Shown one piece after another: positions 22,657-34,393 of a stretch of 64,000 bases of DNA (position 1 is the stretch's first letter; every line of letters begins with the position of its first letter). The notes below the pieces were generated by a model. It worked only from the letters and a program-made list of their open reading frames with translations, did no database searches and was not told the DNA's origin. The position numbers and the translations under genes are program-made. The DNA is from Mycolicibacterium sp. (lineage in GTDB: Bacteria > Actinomycetota > Actinomycetes > Mycobacteriales > Mycobacteriaceae): contig NZ_JAEMSG010000002.1 in assembly GCF_016462945.1 (NCBI RefSeq), positions 9,491-73,490 of the forward strand, read 5' to 3'.

Positions 22657-24120
22657 TCAGGTTCGGTCCGGGTCGGCCGGCTCGGCCTGGGCCGCGGCCG
22701 CCGCCCGCGCGGAGTCGCTGTCGGGTCGGTTGCGCAGCACCCAACCCTCGATGATCCGCTGCTGGCCGGCCGAGACCGCCAGCGCCCCGGGCGGCACATC
22801 CTCACGCAGCACGGTCCCGGCTCCGGTGTAGGCGCCATCGCCAACACTGACCGGCGCGACGAACATGGTGTCGCTGCCGGTGCGGACATAGGAGCCCACG
22901 GTGGTGCGTCGCTTGGTCTGGCCGTCGTAGTTCACGAAAACACTGGAGGCGCCGATATTGCTGTGATCACCGATGTCCGCATCGCCGACATAGGTCAGGT
23001 GCGGCACCTTGGTTCCGGTGCCGATCACGGCATTCTTCGTCTCGACGAATGCGCCGAGTTTGCCCTCGGCGCCCAGCCGGGTACCGGGTCGCAGATAGGT
23101 GAACGGCCCGACGGCGGCCCCGTCCCCGATCACCGCCCCGGTGCCATGGGTTCTGACCACTGCGGCGTCGTCGCCGACGCGGACGTCGGTCAGTGTGGTG
23201 TCCGGGCCGATGCGGGCGCGGTCGCCGACCCAGGTGGCGCCAAGTAGTTGAGTGCCGGGCGCGATGACCGTGTCGCGACCGATCTGGACATCGACGTCGA
23301 TCCAGGTGGTCGCCGGGTCGACGACGGTGACGCCGGCCCGCTGGTGCGTGGCGACGATGCGTCGGTTCAGCTCTCGGCCGAGCTCGCTGAGTTGCACACG
23401 GTCGTTGACTCCGGCCACCAGGGCTGCGTCGTCGATGTGCTTGGGGTGCACCAGCTGTCCGTCGGCGCGCAGGATCGCCACGGCATCGGTGAGATACAGC
23501 TCCTGCTGGGCGTTGTCGGCCGACAGCCGGCTCAGCGCTGAGCGCAGCGGGGCGATATCGAAGGCGTAGACGCCGGCGTTGATCTCGTGGATGGCTCGCT
23601 GCTGCGGAGTCGCGTCGGCCTCCTCGACGATCGCGATGACTCCACCGTCCTGGGTCCGCAGGATGCGGCCATAGCCGGTTGCGTCAGGCACCGTGGTCGT
23701 CAGCACCGTCATCGCGGCCGATGCACCGCGGTGCGTGGCGATCAGCGAGGTCAACGTGTCGGCGTCGAGCAGTGGGATATCGGCAGAGGTGATCACGACT
23801 ACGCCGCCGAAGTCGTCCGGCAGTGCGGTGAGCCCACTCAGAGCGGCATGCCCGGTACCCAGCTGCTGATCCTGTACGGCGACCTCCACGGATCTCCCGA
23901 GTTGTTCAGCCAACTGCCCGACGGCCCCGGTGATTCGCTCGCGGTCCTTGCCGAGCACCACCACGAGATGGTGCGGCGCGACTGCGGTGGCGGCGTGGAG
24001 AGCGTGCGCGAGCATGCTGCGCCCGCCGAGGGTATGCAGGACCTTCGGGGTGTCTGAGCGCATCCGGGTGCCGGCACCGGCCGCGAGTACCAGAACGGCC
24101 GACTCACTCGTCGCTGCCAT
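22657..24120 (-). CDS. glmU: Bifunctional UDP-GlcNAc pyrophosphorylase/glucosamine-1-P acetyltransferase
   Basis: [19 protein letters not shown], hexapeptide repeats, HLTYVGDA. Confidence 0.97.
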   Translation of the reverse strand: MAATSESAVLVLAAGAGTRMRSDTPKVLHTLGGRSMLAHALHAATAVAPHHLVVVLGKDRERITGAVGQLAEQLGRSVEVAVQDQQLGTGHAALSGLTALPDDFGGVVVITSADIPLLDADTLTSLIATHRGASAAMTVLTTTVPDATGYGRILRTQDGGVIAIVEEADATPQQRAIHEINAGVYAFDIAPLRSALSRLSADNAQQELYLTDAVAILRADGQLVHPKHIDDAALVAGVNDRVQLSELGRELNRRIVATHQRAGVTVVDPATTWIDVDVQIGRDTVIAPGTQLLGATWVGDRARIGPDTTLTDVRVGDDAAVVRTHGTGAVIGDGAAVGPFTYLRPGTRLGAEGKLGAFVETKNAVIGTGTKVPHLTYVGDADIGDHSNIGASSVFVNYDGQTKRRTTVGSYVRTGSDTMFVAPVSVGDGAYTGAGTVLREDVPPGALAVSAGQQRIIEGWVLRNRPDSDSARAAAAAQAEPADPDRT

Positions 24121-24176
24121 GTGAGCCTCCCGGTGTGCGCTTGTCGCTCGGCAAGCCTCGCTCCGCGTGCAGGGCT

Positions 24177-24251
24177 TGGCTCCGTCGCCAGGACTCGAAC
24201 CTGAACTATCTGAACCAAAATCAGAGGTGCTGCCGATTACACCACGACGGA
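24177..24251 (-). tRNA. tRNA-Gln(TTG)
   Basis: Reverse complement TCCGTCGTGGTGTAATCGGCAGCACCTCTGA-TTTTGGT-TCAGATAGTTCAGGTTCGAGTCCTGGCGACGGAGCCA; cloverleaf with encoded CCA. Confidence 0.95.
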
Positions 24252-24294
24252 TTGCCCGTAGGAGACTTTAACCCAGGCCGATACCCTGATAGCC

Positions 24295-24930
24295 GTGGCC
24301 GGACCGGAGAAAGAGCCGCGCGTGGCACGCGCCCGAATGACCGGCAGCGAGCGCCGACACCAGCTCATCGACATTGCCCGATCGTTGTTTGCCGAACGCG
24401 GCTACGATGGCACCTCCGTCGAGGAGATAGCCCAGCGCGCCGGAGTGTCCAAGCCGGTTGTCTACGAGCACTTCGGCGGCAAGGAGGGGCTTTACGCGGT
24501 GGTGGTCGACCGGGAGATGTCGGCGCTGTTGGACCGGATCACCTCATCGCTGACCAACAACCGCTCCCGGGTCCGCGTCGAACGGGTGGCGCTGGCGCTG
24601 CTGACCTACATCGAGGAACGTACCGACGGGTTCCGGATCATGATTCGTGACTCTCCGGCGTCGATCAGCTCCGGCACCTATTCCAGCCTTCTCAACGACG
24701 CCGTGAGCCAGGTGTCCTCCATCCTGGCCGGCGACTTCTCCCGCCGCGGCCTGGATCCCGAGCTGGCTCCGCTGTACGCACAGGCACTCGTGGGCTCGGT
24801 ATCGATGACCGCGCAGTGGTGGCTCGATGCCCGAGAGCCGCACAAGGAAGTCGTCGCCGCCCATCTGGTGAACCTGATGTGGAACGGTTTGAGTCATCTC
24901 GAAGCAGACCCCAAGCTGCAGGGCGAGTAG
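24295..24930 (+). CDS. TetR family regulator (Rv1019 ortholog)
   Basis: HTH EEIAQRAGVSKPVVYEHFGGKEGL; GTG 7 nt after TACCCT (probably leaderless). Confidence 0.9.
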   Translation: MAGPEKEPRVARARMTGSERRHQLIDIARSLFAERGYDGTSVEEIAQRAGVSKPVVYEHFGGKEGLYAVVVDREMSALLDRITSSLTNNRSRVRVERVALALLTYIEERTDGFRIMIRDSPASISSGTYSSLLNDAVSQVSSILAGDFSRRGLDPELAPLYAQALVGSVSMTAQWWLDAREPHKEVVAAHLVNLMWNGLSHLEADPKLQGE

Positions 24931-24992
24931 CAGACATCGAATCGTGGCCCGTCGCAAGGGATTTTGCTGCTGTTGCCTAGGATGAGGGCACC

Positions 24993-27900
24993 ATGACCGT
25001 ACCGGGGCACCCGCATGTCCAAACCCCGTTGGGGGGTCTGGTTGACGCGGTCCTGGAGTCGCCGAGGTTCGTCGAATTGATCGGGTTAGCCGCGGCCCGC
25101 CCGGACGACTTGGTGATGGTGGGCCCGGTCAGTGCGCAGCTATTCGTGGCTTGTGCGCTGGCGCGCAGTGGCCCATTGCTGGTGGTGACCGCCACCGGCC
25201 GTGAGGCCGACGATCTCACGGCGGAGTTGCGTGGGGTGTACGGGGATGCCGCGGCACTTTTCCCGTCCTGGGAGACGCTCCCGCACGAGCGGCTGTCGCC
25301 GGGTGTCGACACCGTCGGTGCACGGATGATGTTGCTGCGCCGGCTGGCGCACCCGGATGATCCGGAGTTGGGTCCACCGCTGGCCGTGATGGTGACGACG
25401 GCGCGCTCGCTCTTGCAGCCGATGGCCGCCGACTTGGCAGAGATCGAGCCGGTCACCCTGCGGGTGGGAGCCGAACTGACCTTCGACGACCTTGCCGCGC
25501 GTCTGGTTGAACTCGCCTACACCCGGGTCGACATGGTGGGCCGTCGCGGGGAGTTCGCGGTGCGAGGCGGCATCCTCGACATTTTTGCGCCCACCGCCGA
25601 ACACCCGGTGCGGGTGGAGTTCTGGGGGGACGAGATCACCGAGATGCGGATGTTCTCGGTCGCCGACCAACGTTCCATTCCGGAAATGGAGGTCGGCGCG
25701 GTGATCGCTGTGGCCTGTCGTGAGCTGCTGCTGACCGACGAAGTGCGTTCCCGTGCAGCGAAATTAGCGGCCGATGCCCCGACGGACGATGACCACATCA
25801 CCGGCCGGGTCGGCGACATGCTGGCCAAACTCGCCGAGGGGATTCCGGTCGACGGTATGGAGGCCCTGGCGCCGGTGCTGCACCCGGAGCGCCTCGGACT
25901 GCTCGTCGACCATCTGCCGTTCGGCACGCCACTGCTGGTGTGCGATCCGGAGAAGGTTCGCACCCGCGCCGCCGACCTCATCAAGACCGGGCAGGAGTTC
26001 CTCGAAGCCTCCTGGTCGGTGGCCGCAATCGGTGGCGACGCTCCTATCGACATCGAAGCCCTCGGTGGCTCCGGCTTCCGTGACATCGATGAGGTACGCG
26101 GCCTCGCCCGCGCCGGCGGCCACCGGTGGTGGACGATCAGCCAACTCGGCGAGTCCACCGCGGCGGATCTCGGCGTCCGGGCCGCGCCGTCGGCGCGCGG
26201 ACAGCAGAGCAATGCCGATGAGATTTTCGCGATGCTGCGCGCCCACGTCCTCACCGGCGGCCGGGCTGCCGTCGTCGCCCCGGGCGTCGGCACCGCGCAC
26301 CGGGTGGTCGAGCAACTCGGCGAACGCGATACCCCCGCCGCGATGCTCGAGGCCGGCGCCCCGCTACGCACCGGACTGGTCAATGTGCTCAAGGGGCCGT
26401 TGCACAACGGTTTGATTGTGCACAGAGTGCACAACGGTTCGATTGTGCACAGAGTGCACGGGGGAATTATCGTGCCCGGCGCAGAGCTCGTGGTGATCAC
26501 CGAGACCGACCTCACCGGAAACCGGGCCACCGGGCCCGAGGGCAAACGGCTGGCGGCTAAACGCCGCAACACCGTGGACCCACTCGCGCTGACCGCAGGC
26601 GATCTGGTGGTCCACGACCAGCACGGGATCGGCCGGTTCCTTGAAATGGTCGAGCGCACTGTCGGTGGGGCCCGGCGGGAGTACCTCGTGCTGGAGTATG
26701 CCTCGGGTAAGCGCGGACAACAGGCCGACCGGTTGTTCGTCCCGATGGATTCCCTCGATCAGCTTTCCCGCTACGTCGGCGGCGAGGCACCGAGCCTCAG
26801 CCGGCTCGGCGGCAGTGACTGGGCCAACACGAAAACCAAGGCGCGCAAGGCGGTTCGCGAGATCGCCGGGGAACTGGTCTCGCTGTACGCCAAGCGGCAG
26901 GCCGCTCCCGGCCATGCGTTCGCACCGGACACCCCGTGGCAGGCCGAGATGGAGGACGCGTTCGGATTCACCGAGACCGTCGATCAGATGACCGCGATCA
27001 CCGAAGTCAAGGCGGATATGGAGAAACCGGTACCGATGGACCGCGTGGTCTGCGGTGACGTCGGCTACGGCAAGACCGAGATCGCCGTGCGGGCCGCGTT
27101 CAAAGCCGTGCAGGACGGCAAGCAGGTCGCCGTGCTGGTTCCCACCACGCTGCTGGCCGATCAACACCTGCAGACGTTCAACGAGCGGATGGCCGGATTC
27201 CCGGTCACCGTCAAAGGCCTGTCGCGGTTCACCGATCCGCGCGAGTCCCGTGCGGTGCTCGACGGGATGGCCGACGGCAGCGTCGATATCGTCATCGGTA
27301 CCCACCGACTGCTGCAGACCGCGGTGCGCTGGAAGGACCTCGGGCTGGTCGTGGTCGACGAGGAGCAACGCTTCGGCGTCGAGCACAAGGAGCACATCAA
27401 GAGCCTGCGCGCGTGCGTCGATGTGCTGACCATGAGCGCCACCCCGATCCCGCGAACCCTGGAGATGAGCCTGGCCGGCATCCGGGAGATGTCGACCATC
27501 CTCACTCCGCCCGAGGAGCGTTACCCCGTGCTGACCTATGTCGGTCCGGATGATGACAAGCAGGTCGCCGCGGCACTGCGCCGTGAGCTGCTGCGCGACG
27601 GACAGGCCTTCTACGTTCACAACCGGGTCAGCTCCATCGACGCCGCGGCCGCCCGGGTTCGGGCACTGGTGCCTGAGGCCCGGGTGGTTGTCGCGCACGG
27701 TCAGATGCCGGAGGAACAGTTGGAGAAAACGGTCCAGGGGTTCTGGAACCGCGACTACGACATCCTGGTCTGCACCACGATCATCGAGACCGGCCTGGAC
27801 ATCTCCAATGCCAACACCCTCATCGTGGAGCGGGCCGAGGCGCTCGGACTCTCGCAGCTCCACCAGTTGCGCGGACGAGTGGGCCGCAGCCGGGAACGCG

Positions 27901-28697
27901 GCTACGCCTACTTCCTGTATCCGCGCGAGACGCCGCTGACCGAGACCGCCTACGACCGGCTGGCCACCATCGCCCAGAACAACGAACTGGGTGCGGGCAT
28001 GGCGGTTGCGTTGAAGGACTTGGAGATTCGCGGTGCCGGAAACGTCCTTGGCGCAGAACAATCCGGGCACGTCGCCGGAGTCGGATTCGATCTGTACGTA
28101 CGCCTCGTGGGGGAGGCCGTCGAAGCCTATCGGGCGGCCGCCGACGGCAAGACGGTGTTGACCCCCGAGGAAACCAGAGACGTTCGCATCGATCTCCCCG
28201 TTGATGCGCATCTTCCCCCGGACTACATCAGCAGCGACCGGTTACGGCTTGAGGCGTACCGTCGGCTAGCCGGTGCCGACGAGGCAGCCATCACCTCGGT
28301 GGTGGAGGAACTCACCGACCGCTACGGCCCGCTGCCCGAGCCGGCTCAGCGCCTGATCGCCGTGGCCCGACTGCGTCTGTTGTGCCGGCACTACGGTGTC
28401 ACCGAGGTCGCCGCGACCGGAACCGGTTCAGCCACAACGCTTCGGGTGACACCGCTGATGCTGCAGGACTCCGCCCAGGTGCGGCTCAAACGGCTCTACC
28501 CGGCCGCCGGCTACCGGGCGACGACATCGACGGTGCAGGTGCCGATTCCGCGGACCGGTACCGCGATGGGCGCGCCGCGCATCCGAGATCTCGAACTTGT
28601 GCAGATGGTCGCCGATCTGCTGCTCGCACTTGACGGTCGCGCGGCAGGAGATGTTGATATTTCGACCCTCACACCGGCGACACGAGGGAACCGCTGA
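24993..28697 (+). CDS. mfd: Transcription-repair coupling factor with an 18-aa repeat insertion
   Basis: [15 protein letters not shown]-interacting domain, [38 protein letters not shown]-terminus. Confidence 0.97.
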   Translation: MTVPGHPHVQTPLGGLVDAVLESPRFVELIGLAAARPDDLVMVGPVSAQLFVACALARSGPLLVVTATGREADDLTAELRGVYGDAAALFPSWETLPHERLSPGVDTVGARMMLLRRLAHPDDPELGPPLAVMVTTARSLLQPMAADLAEIEPVTLRVGAELTFDDLAARLVELAYTRVDMVGRRGEFAVRGGILDIFAPTAEHPVRVEFWGDEITEMRMFSVADQRSIPEMEVGAVIAVACRELLLTDEVRSRAAKLAADAPTDDDHITGRVGDMLAKLAEGIPVDGMEALAPVLHPERLGLLVDHLPFGTPLLVCDPEKVRTRAADLIKTGQEFLEASWSVAAIGGDAPIDIEALGGSGFRDIDEVRGLARAGGHRWWTISQLGESTAADLGVRAAPSARGQQSNADEIFAMLRAHVLTGGRAAVVAPGVGTAHRVVEQLGERDTPAAMLEAGAPLRTGLVNVLKGPLHNGLIVHRVHNGSIVHRVHGGIIVPGAELVVITETDLTGNRATGPEGKRLAAKRRNTVDPLALTAGDLVVHDQHGIGRFLEMVERTVGGARREYLVLEYASGKRGQQADRLFVPMDSLDQLSRYVGGEAPSLSRLGGSDWANTKTKARKAVREIAGELVSLYAKRQAAPGHAFAPDTPWQAEMEDAFGFTETVDQMTAITEVKADMEKPVPMDRVVCGDVGYGKTEIAVRAAFKAVQDGKQVAVLVPTTLLADQHLQTFNERMAGFPVTVKGLSRFTDPRESRAVLDGMADGSVDIVIGTHRLLQTAVRWKDLGLVVVDEEQRFGVEHKEHIKSLRACVDVLTMSATPIPRTLEMSLAGIREMSTILTPPEERYPVLTYVGPDDDKQVAAALRRELLRDGQAFYVHNRVSSIDAAAARVRALVPEARVVVAHGQMPEEQLEKTVQGFWNRDYDILVCTTIIETGLDISNANTLIVERAEALGLSQLHQLRGRVGRSRERGYAYFLYPRETPLTETAYDRLATIAQNNELGAGMAVALKDLEIRGAGNVLGAEQSGHVAGVGFDLYVRLVGEAVEAYRAAADGKTVLTPEETRDVRIDLPVDAHLPPDYISSDRLRLEAYRRLAGADEAAITSVVEELTDRYGPLPEPAQRLIAVARLRLLCRHYGVTEVAATGTGSATTLRVTPLMLQDSAQVRLKRLYPAAGYRATTSTVQVPIPRTGTAMGAPRIRDLELVQMVADLLLALDGRAAGDVDISTLTPATRGNR
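26401..26459. repeat. Two 27-bp palindromic tandem units inside mfd
   Basis: TGCACAACGGTTTGATTGTGCACAGAG + TGCACAACGGTTCGATTGTGCACAGAG + TGCAC; each unit is a TGCACAA/TTGTGCA hairpin. Confidence 0.92.
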
Positions 28698-29614
28698 TGA
28701 CCGTCATCCTGGTCGACCCCCGCCGCCCCGCCGCGGTGCCGATCGAGGCCGTGGCGTTTCTGGGCGGTGACGTCGAATACACCGAGGAATTACCGGTCGA
28801 GGTGGCGGCGTCGCTGCCGTCGGCGCGAGCGGTCTTGTCGGGCGAGCGAGCATCGGTACTGCTGTCGTCGGACCCCGAACACCCGGAAGTCACGGCGCGA
28901 ATTGCCTGGGGGGAGAGGGTGATCGTCGCCCCGGCGCCCAGGCCCGGTGAGCGGCTCGTCGATGCGGTGGAGATCATGGACAGGCTGCGCACAGCGGGGC
29001 CGTGGGAGAGCGAGCAGACACACGACTCACTGCGACGCTACCTGCTTGAGGAAACCTACGAACTGTTCGACGCGGTGCGCGGCGGCAACGCCGACGAGCT
29101 GCGCGACGAGCTTGGCGACATTTTTCTGCAGGTGCTTTTTCACGCCCGGATCGCTCAAGAGGCGCCACAGGATCCGTTCACCATCGATGACGTTTCCGAC
29201 GCGCTGGTACGCAAACTGGTCCACCGGGTACCCGCAGTGCTGGCCGGTGAGCCGATCACGCTCGAAGACCAGTTGGCCCAATGGGAACAGCGCAAGGCTC
29301 TCGAACGGGAGGGCCACGAGGGGCGCTCGTGTGTCGATGGCATTGCGACCGCGCAGCCGGCGCTGGCTCTTGCGCAGAAGGTCATTGCCCGGGCGAGGGT
29401 GAACGGGTTGCCGCCCGATCTGATCCCGGAGGCTCTGACATCAGTGACGATTGGTGCTGATCGCGACGCCGAGAACGAATTGCGAACCGCGGTACTGGAC
29501 TTCATGGACGCAGTTCGGGCAACCGAGCATGCCGTCGCGGCCGCCCGCCTCGACACCGGCGCGATTGGTCACAGCGCCATCACCGCCCAGGAGTGGCGCT
29601 TGCACTGGCGGTAG
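28697..29614 (+). CDS. mazG: MazG family NTP pyrophosphohydrolase (Rv1021)
   Basis: PWESEQTHDSLRRYLLEETYEL, DELGDIFLQVLFHARIA. Confidence 0.9.
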   Translation: MTVILVDPRRPAAVPIEAVAFLGGDVEYTEELPVEVAASLPSARAVLSGERASVLLSSDPEHPEVTARIAWGERVIVAPAPRPGERLVDAVEIMDRLRTAGPWESEQTHDSLRRYLLEETYELFDAVRGGNADELRDELGDIFLQVLFHARIAQEAPQDPFTIDDVSDALVRKLVHRVPAVLAGEPITLEDQLAQWEQRKALEREGHEGRSCVDGIATAQPALALAQKVIARARVNGLPPDLIPEALTSVTIGADRDAENELRTAVLDFMDAVRATEHAVAAARLDTGAIGHSAITAQEWRLHWR

Positions 29615-29715
29615 TCGCCCCCGAACGACCTGCGGCGACGCCGCGTAGCGGGTGCCGCGCCCCGCGTCGTGGGACGATGTGAAGGGGTCGTAAGTGCTAC
29701 CGGGGAGTATCGCAG

Positions 29716-31802
<2,087 letters not shown>

Positions 31803-31826
31803 ACCGGGAATAGCGCGGAAAAGACT

Positions 31827-32501
31827 GTGGCAGAGGGTAAACGGCCTGATCCGAAACGGCGCGCGTCGGCTTCTCGGCCGGGTGCGTCGGGTCGCGGCCG
31901 TTCCGGCCCGAAGCGCGTTAGCACCCGGGGAATCCGTTCGAGGGGTCTGCGGGCTCAGGCCGAGTCGGTCGGTCATGGACTGACCGATCCGATCCGTCGT
32001 GTGATCGCGGCGTCGATCGAGCAGCAGGGCGAGCAACGACTCGGGTTCACGGCGCGCCGGGCCGCCATCCTCGCGGCGATGGTGTGCGTCTTGACCCTGA
32101 CCATTGCCGGTCCGGTGCGAACCTACTTCGCACAGCGGACCGAGATGAATCAGCTGGACGCTAGTGAGTCCGCGCTTCGTGAACAGATTGCCGAGTTGGA
32201 GGGGCAGAAGGCCAAGCTCGCCGACCCGGTCTACATCGCCGCCCAGGCTCGCGAGCGGTTGGGATTTGTCATGCCCGGCGACATCCCGTATCAGGTTCAG
32301 CTGCCGGGGTCGACGGCGCTTGGGTCCGACGCCGGCCCCCAGGCGGGCATGGCCACCAACGGCGATGCGTGGTACACCCTGCTGTGGCACACCATCGCCG
32401 ATGCTCCGCACGGACCGCCAGCAACCCCGGCGCCGCCGGGTGCTCCCGAGCCACTTCCGCCGCCCGGACCGCCGCCGCCCGCTCCCGCCCCCGGTGGTTG
32501 A
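31827..32501 (+). CDS. ftsB: Septum formation initiator FtsB/DivIC (Rv1024)
   Basis: Basic N-terminus, single TM, coiled coil, QARERLGFVMPGD. Confidence 0.85.
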   Translation: MAEGKRPDPKRRASASRPGASGRGRSGPKRVSTRGIRSRGLRAQAESVGHGLTDPIRRVIAASIEQQGEQRLGFTARRAAILAAMVCVLTLTIAGPVRTYFAQRTEMNQLDASESALREQIAELEGQKAKLADPVYIAAQARERLGFVMPGDIPYQVQLPGSTALGSDAGPQAGMATNGDAWYTLLWHTIADAPHGPPATPAPPGAPEPLPPPGPPPPAPAPGG

Positions 32502-32985
32502 CCGCACCGATCTCGACGCAGTGGCGCGCCAGCTCGGCCGCGAGCCGCGCGGCCTGCTGGAGATCTCCTACCGATGCCCCAACGGTGACCCGGGCGTGGT
32601 CAAGACGGCACCCCGGTTGTCCGACGGCACCCCGTTCCCGACGCTGTACTACCTGACCCATCCGGTTTTGACCGCCGCGGCGAGCCGACTGGAGTCCGAG
32701 GGCGTGATGCGGACAATGACCGCTGTGCTGCGTGAGGATCCAGCCCTGACCGAGGCCTACCGCCGGGCTCACGAGTCGTACCTTGCCGAGCGGGACGCCA
32801 TCGAGCCGCTCGGTACGACCTTCTCCGGTGGCGGCATGCCCGACCGGGTGAAGTGTCTGCACGTGGTGATCGCGCACGCACTGGCCAAGGGCCGCGGGGT
32901 CAACCCGTTCGGCGATCAGGCACTGGCCATGCTGGCCGACGAGCCGGCGATGACCGGCATCCTGGTACGAGAGGAGTGGGTGTGA
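32494..32985 (+). CDS. DUF501 family protein (Rv1025)
   Basis: RQLGREPRG, GTPFPTLYYLTHP, GGGMPDRVKCLH. Confidence 0.9.
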   Translation: MVDRTDLDAVARQLGREPRGLLEISYRCPNGDPGVVKTAPRLSDGTPFPTLYYLTHPVLTAAASRLESEGVMRTMTAVLREDPALTEAYRRAHESYLAERDAIEPLGTTFSGGGMPDRVKCLHVVIAHALAKGRGVNPFGDQALAMLADEPAMTGILVREEWV

Positions 32986-33941
32986 GTTCGGAGTCCGACA
33001 CCGTGGCTGCGATTGACTGCGGCACCAACTCGATTCGGCTGCTGATCGCGGAGCGGGTTGACGGCCGGCTGCGGGATCTGCATCGTGAGATGCGGATCGT
33101 CCGACTCGGCGAGGGAGTCGACGCCACCGGACGATTCGCCGCCGAAGCCTTGGCGCGCACCGAGGCCGCGCTGGCGGATTACGCGGTGCTGCTGCGCAAC
33201 CACGGCGTGGGTAAGCTGCGGATGGTCGCGACCTCGGCCACCCGGGATGCGGCGAACCGCGATGATTTTTTCGCGATGACTGCCACCATCCTGGGCGCGG
33301 TTGTCCCGGGTGCGATCGCAGAGGTTATCACCGGGTCGCAGGAAGCGGAGTTGTCTTTCAACGGCGCTGTCGGCGAATTAGATTCTGCCGCTGCACCGTT
33401 CGTTGTTGTCGACCTCGGCGGCGGATCCACGGAAGTGGTGCTGGGTGACGGTGGTGGCGTGCAGGCCAGCTATTCGGCTGATATCGGCTGCGTACGGATG
33501 ACCGAGCGGTGTCTGCATTCCGATCCGCCGACCGCAACCGAGGTGGCCGCGGCCCGAGCGGTGGTGCGCGAACGTCTGGCGGAAGCACTGCGGGTTGTTC
33601 CAGTGGAACAGGCCAAGACCTGGGTCGGGGTGGCCGGAACGTTTACCACGATTGCGGCACTGGCCCAAGGCATGGATACCTACGATGCCGAGGCCATTCA
33701 CCTATCCCGGATCCGGTTCAGCGACATGCTGGCGGTGTGCGACCAGTTGATCGGCATGACCCGTGCAGACCGTGCCGCGCTGGGGCCGATGCACGAGGGC
33801 CGAGTGGATGTGATCGGTGGCGGGGCCATCGTCGTCCAGGAACTAGCGGCCGCACTGGGCGAACGCGCAGGCATCGACGAACTCGTCGTCAGCGAGCACG
33901 ACATTCTCGACGGGATCGCGCTGTCGATTCCGTCGAGATAA
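32982..33941 (+). CDS. ppx2: Exopolyphosphatase Ppx/GppA family (Rv1026)
   Basis: AIDCGTNSIRL, VATSATRDA, EAELSF, DLGGGSTE, EHDILDG. Confidence 0.92.
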   Translation: MSSESDTVAAIDCGTNSIRLLIAERVDGRLRDLHREMRIVRLGEGVDATGRFAAEALARTEAALADYAVLLRNHGVGKLRMVATSATRDAANRDDFFAMTATILGAVVPGAIAEVITGSQEAELSFNGAVGELDSAAAPFVVVDLGGGSTEVVLGDGGGVQASYSADIGCVRMTERCLHSDPPTATEVAAARAVVRERLAEALRVVPVEQAKTWVGVAGTFTTIAALAQGMDTYDAEAIHLSRIRFSDMLAVCDQLIGMTRADRAALGPMHEGRVDVIGGGAIVVQELAAALGERAGIDELVVSEHDILDGIALSIPSR

Positions 33942-33953
33942 TTGAGTGAATGC

Positions 33954-34064
33954 TTAGAGCTTGACCTTGCAGCCGCTGCCGATATTGCGGCAGTGCGTGC
34001 CGCCCTTACAGACGTTGCAGCGGCAGGTGCAGCCGCCGACGCGCTTGGTCTCAGGAATACCCAT
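33954..34064 (-). CDS. 36-aa Cys-rich microprotein MGIPETKRVGGCTCRCNVCKGGTHCRNIGSGCKVKL
   Basis: Hand-translated (below the ORF-track cutoff); AAGGAG SD at 34080-34075, ATG 34064, TAA 33956-33954, upstream TATGGT -10 at 34113-34108. Confidence 0.7.
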   Translation of the reverse strand: MGIPETKRVGGCTCRCNVCKGGTHCRNIGSGCKVKL

Positions 34065-34265
34065 CACAGATCATCTCCTTCGGCGACCCGCTGGTGGGTC
34101 AGCTTTCACCATAGTTGTCGTCACCTGCCCCTGTCAGGCAACACCGCACACCGGACCCACGCGACTCGTTGCCCGGTCGGGGGGTGAATCTTCGTAACCA
34201 GTGATTGTCCGGCAGGTGGTTTCCAGATGCCGGGCAGGTACGGTTTCTTCTGCCTAGTTCGGCGC

Positions 34266-34342
34266 GCCCCCATAGCCCAATTGGCAGAGGCAGCGGACTT
34301 AAAATCCGCACAGTGTCGGTTCGAGTCCGACTGGGGGCACCA
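34266..34342 (+). tRNA. tRNA-Leu(TAA) with short variable loop
   Basis: GCCCCCA/TGGGGGC acceptor stem, GCGGA-CTTAAAA-TCCGC anticodon arm, GTCGG-TTCGAGT-CCGAC T arm, CCA end. Confidence 0.93.
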
Positions 34343-34393
34343 GAGGCCGCATGAACGGCGGTGCTGACTTCCGCGCTAGGCCCTACAAGCCCG

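Noticed and set aside
24135-24650. 171-aa ORF spanning tRNA-Gln
   Set aside because: Overlaps the tRNA antisense and the TetR gene in another frame; no protein features.
26364-28211. Long antisense ORFs (e.g. 26364..28211, 30858..32507, 50194..51768, 19625..20734)
   Set aside because: Shadow frames of well-conserved GC-rich genes, with no recognisable motifs.
33942-34187. Plus-strand Ala-rich 81-aa ORF
   Set aside because: Antisense to the Cys-rich microprotein, which has the better SD and promoter support.
34124-34240. GGGGTGAATC and ACCTGCCC/GGGCAGGT pairing suggesting a c-di-AMP (ydaO) riboswitch
   Set aside because: Other conserved ydaO elements are not recognisable and the downstream feature is a tRNA; an Rfam scan would be needed.
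34099-34311. 70-aa minus-strand ORF MRILSPLPLP...
   Set aside because: Largely the antisense reading of tRNA-Leu.
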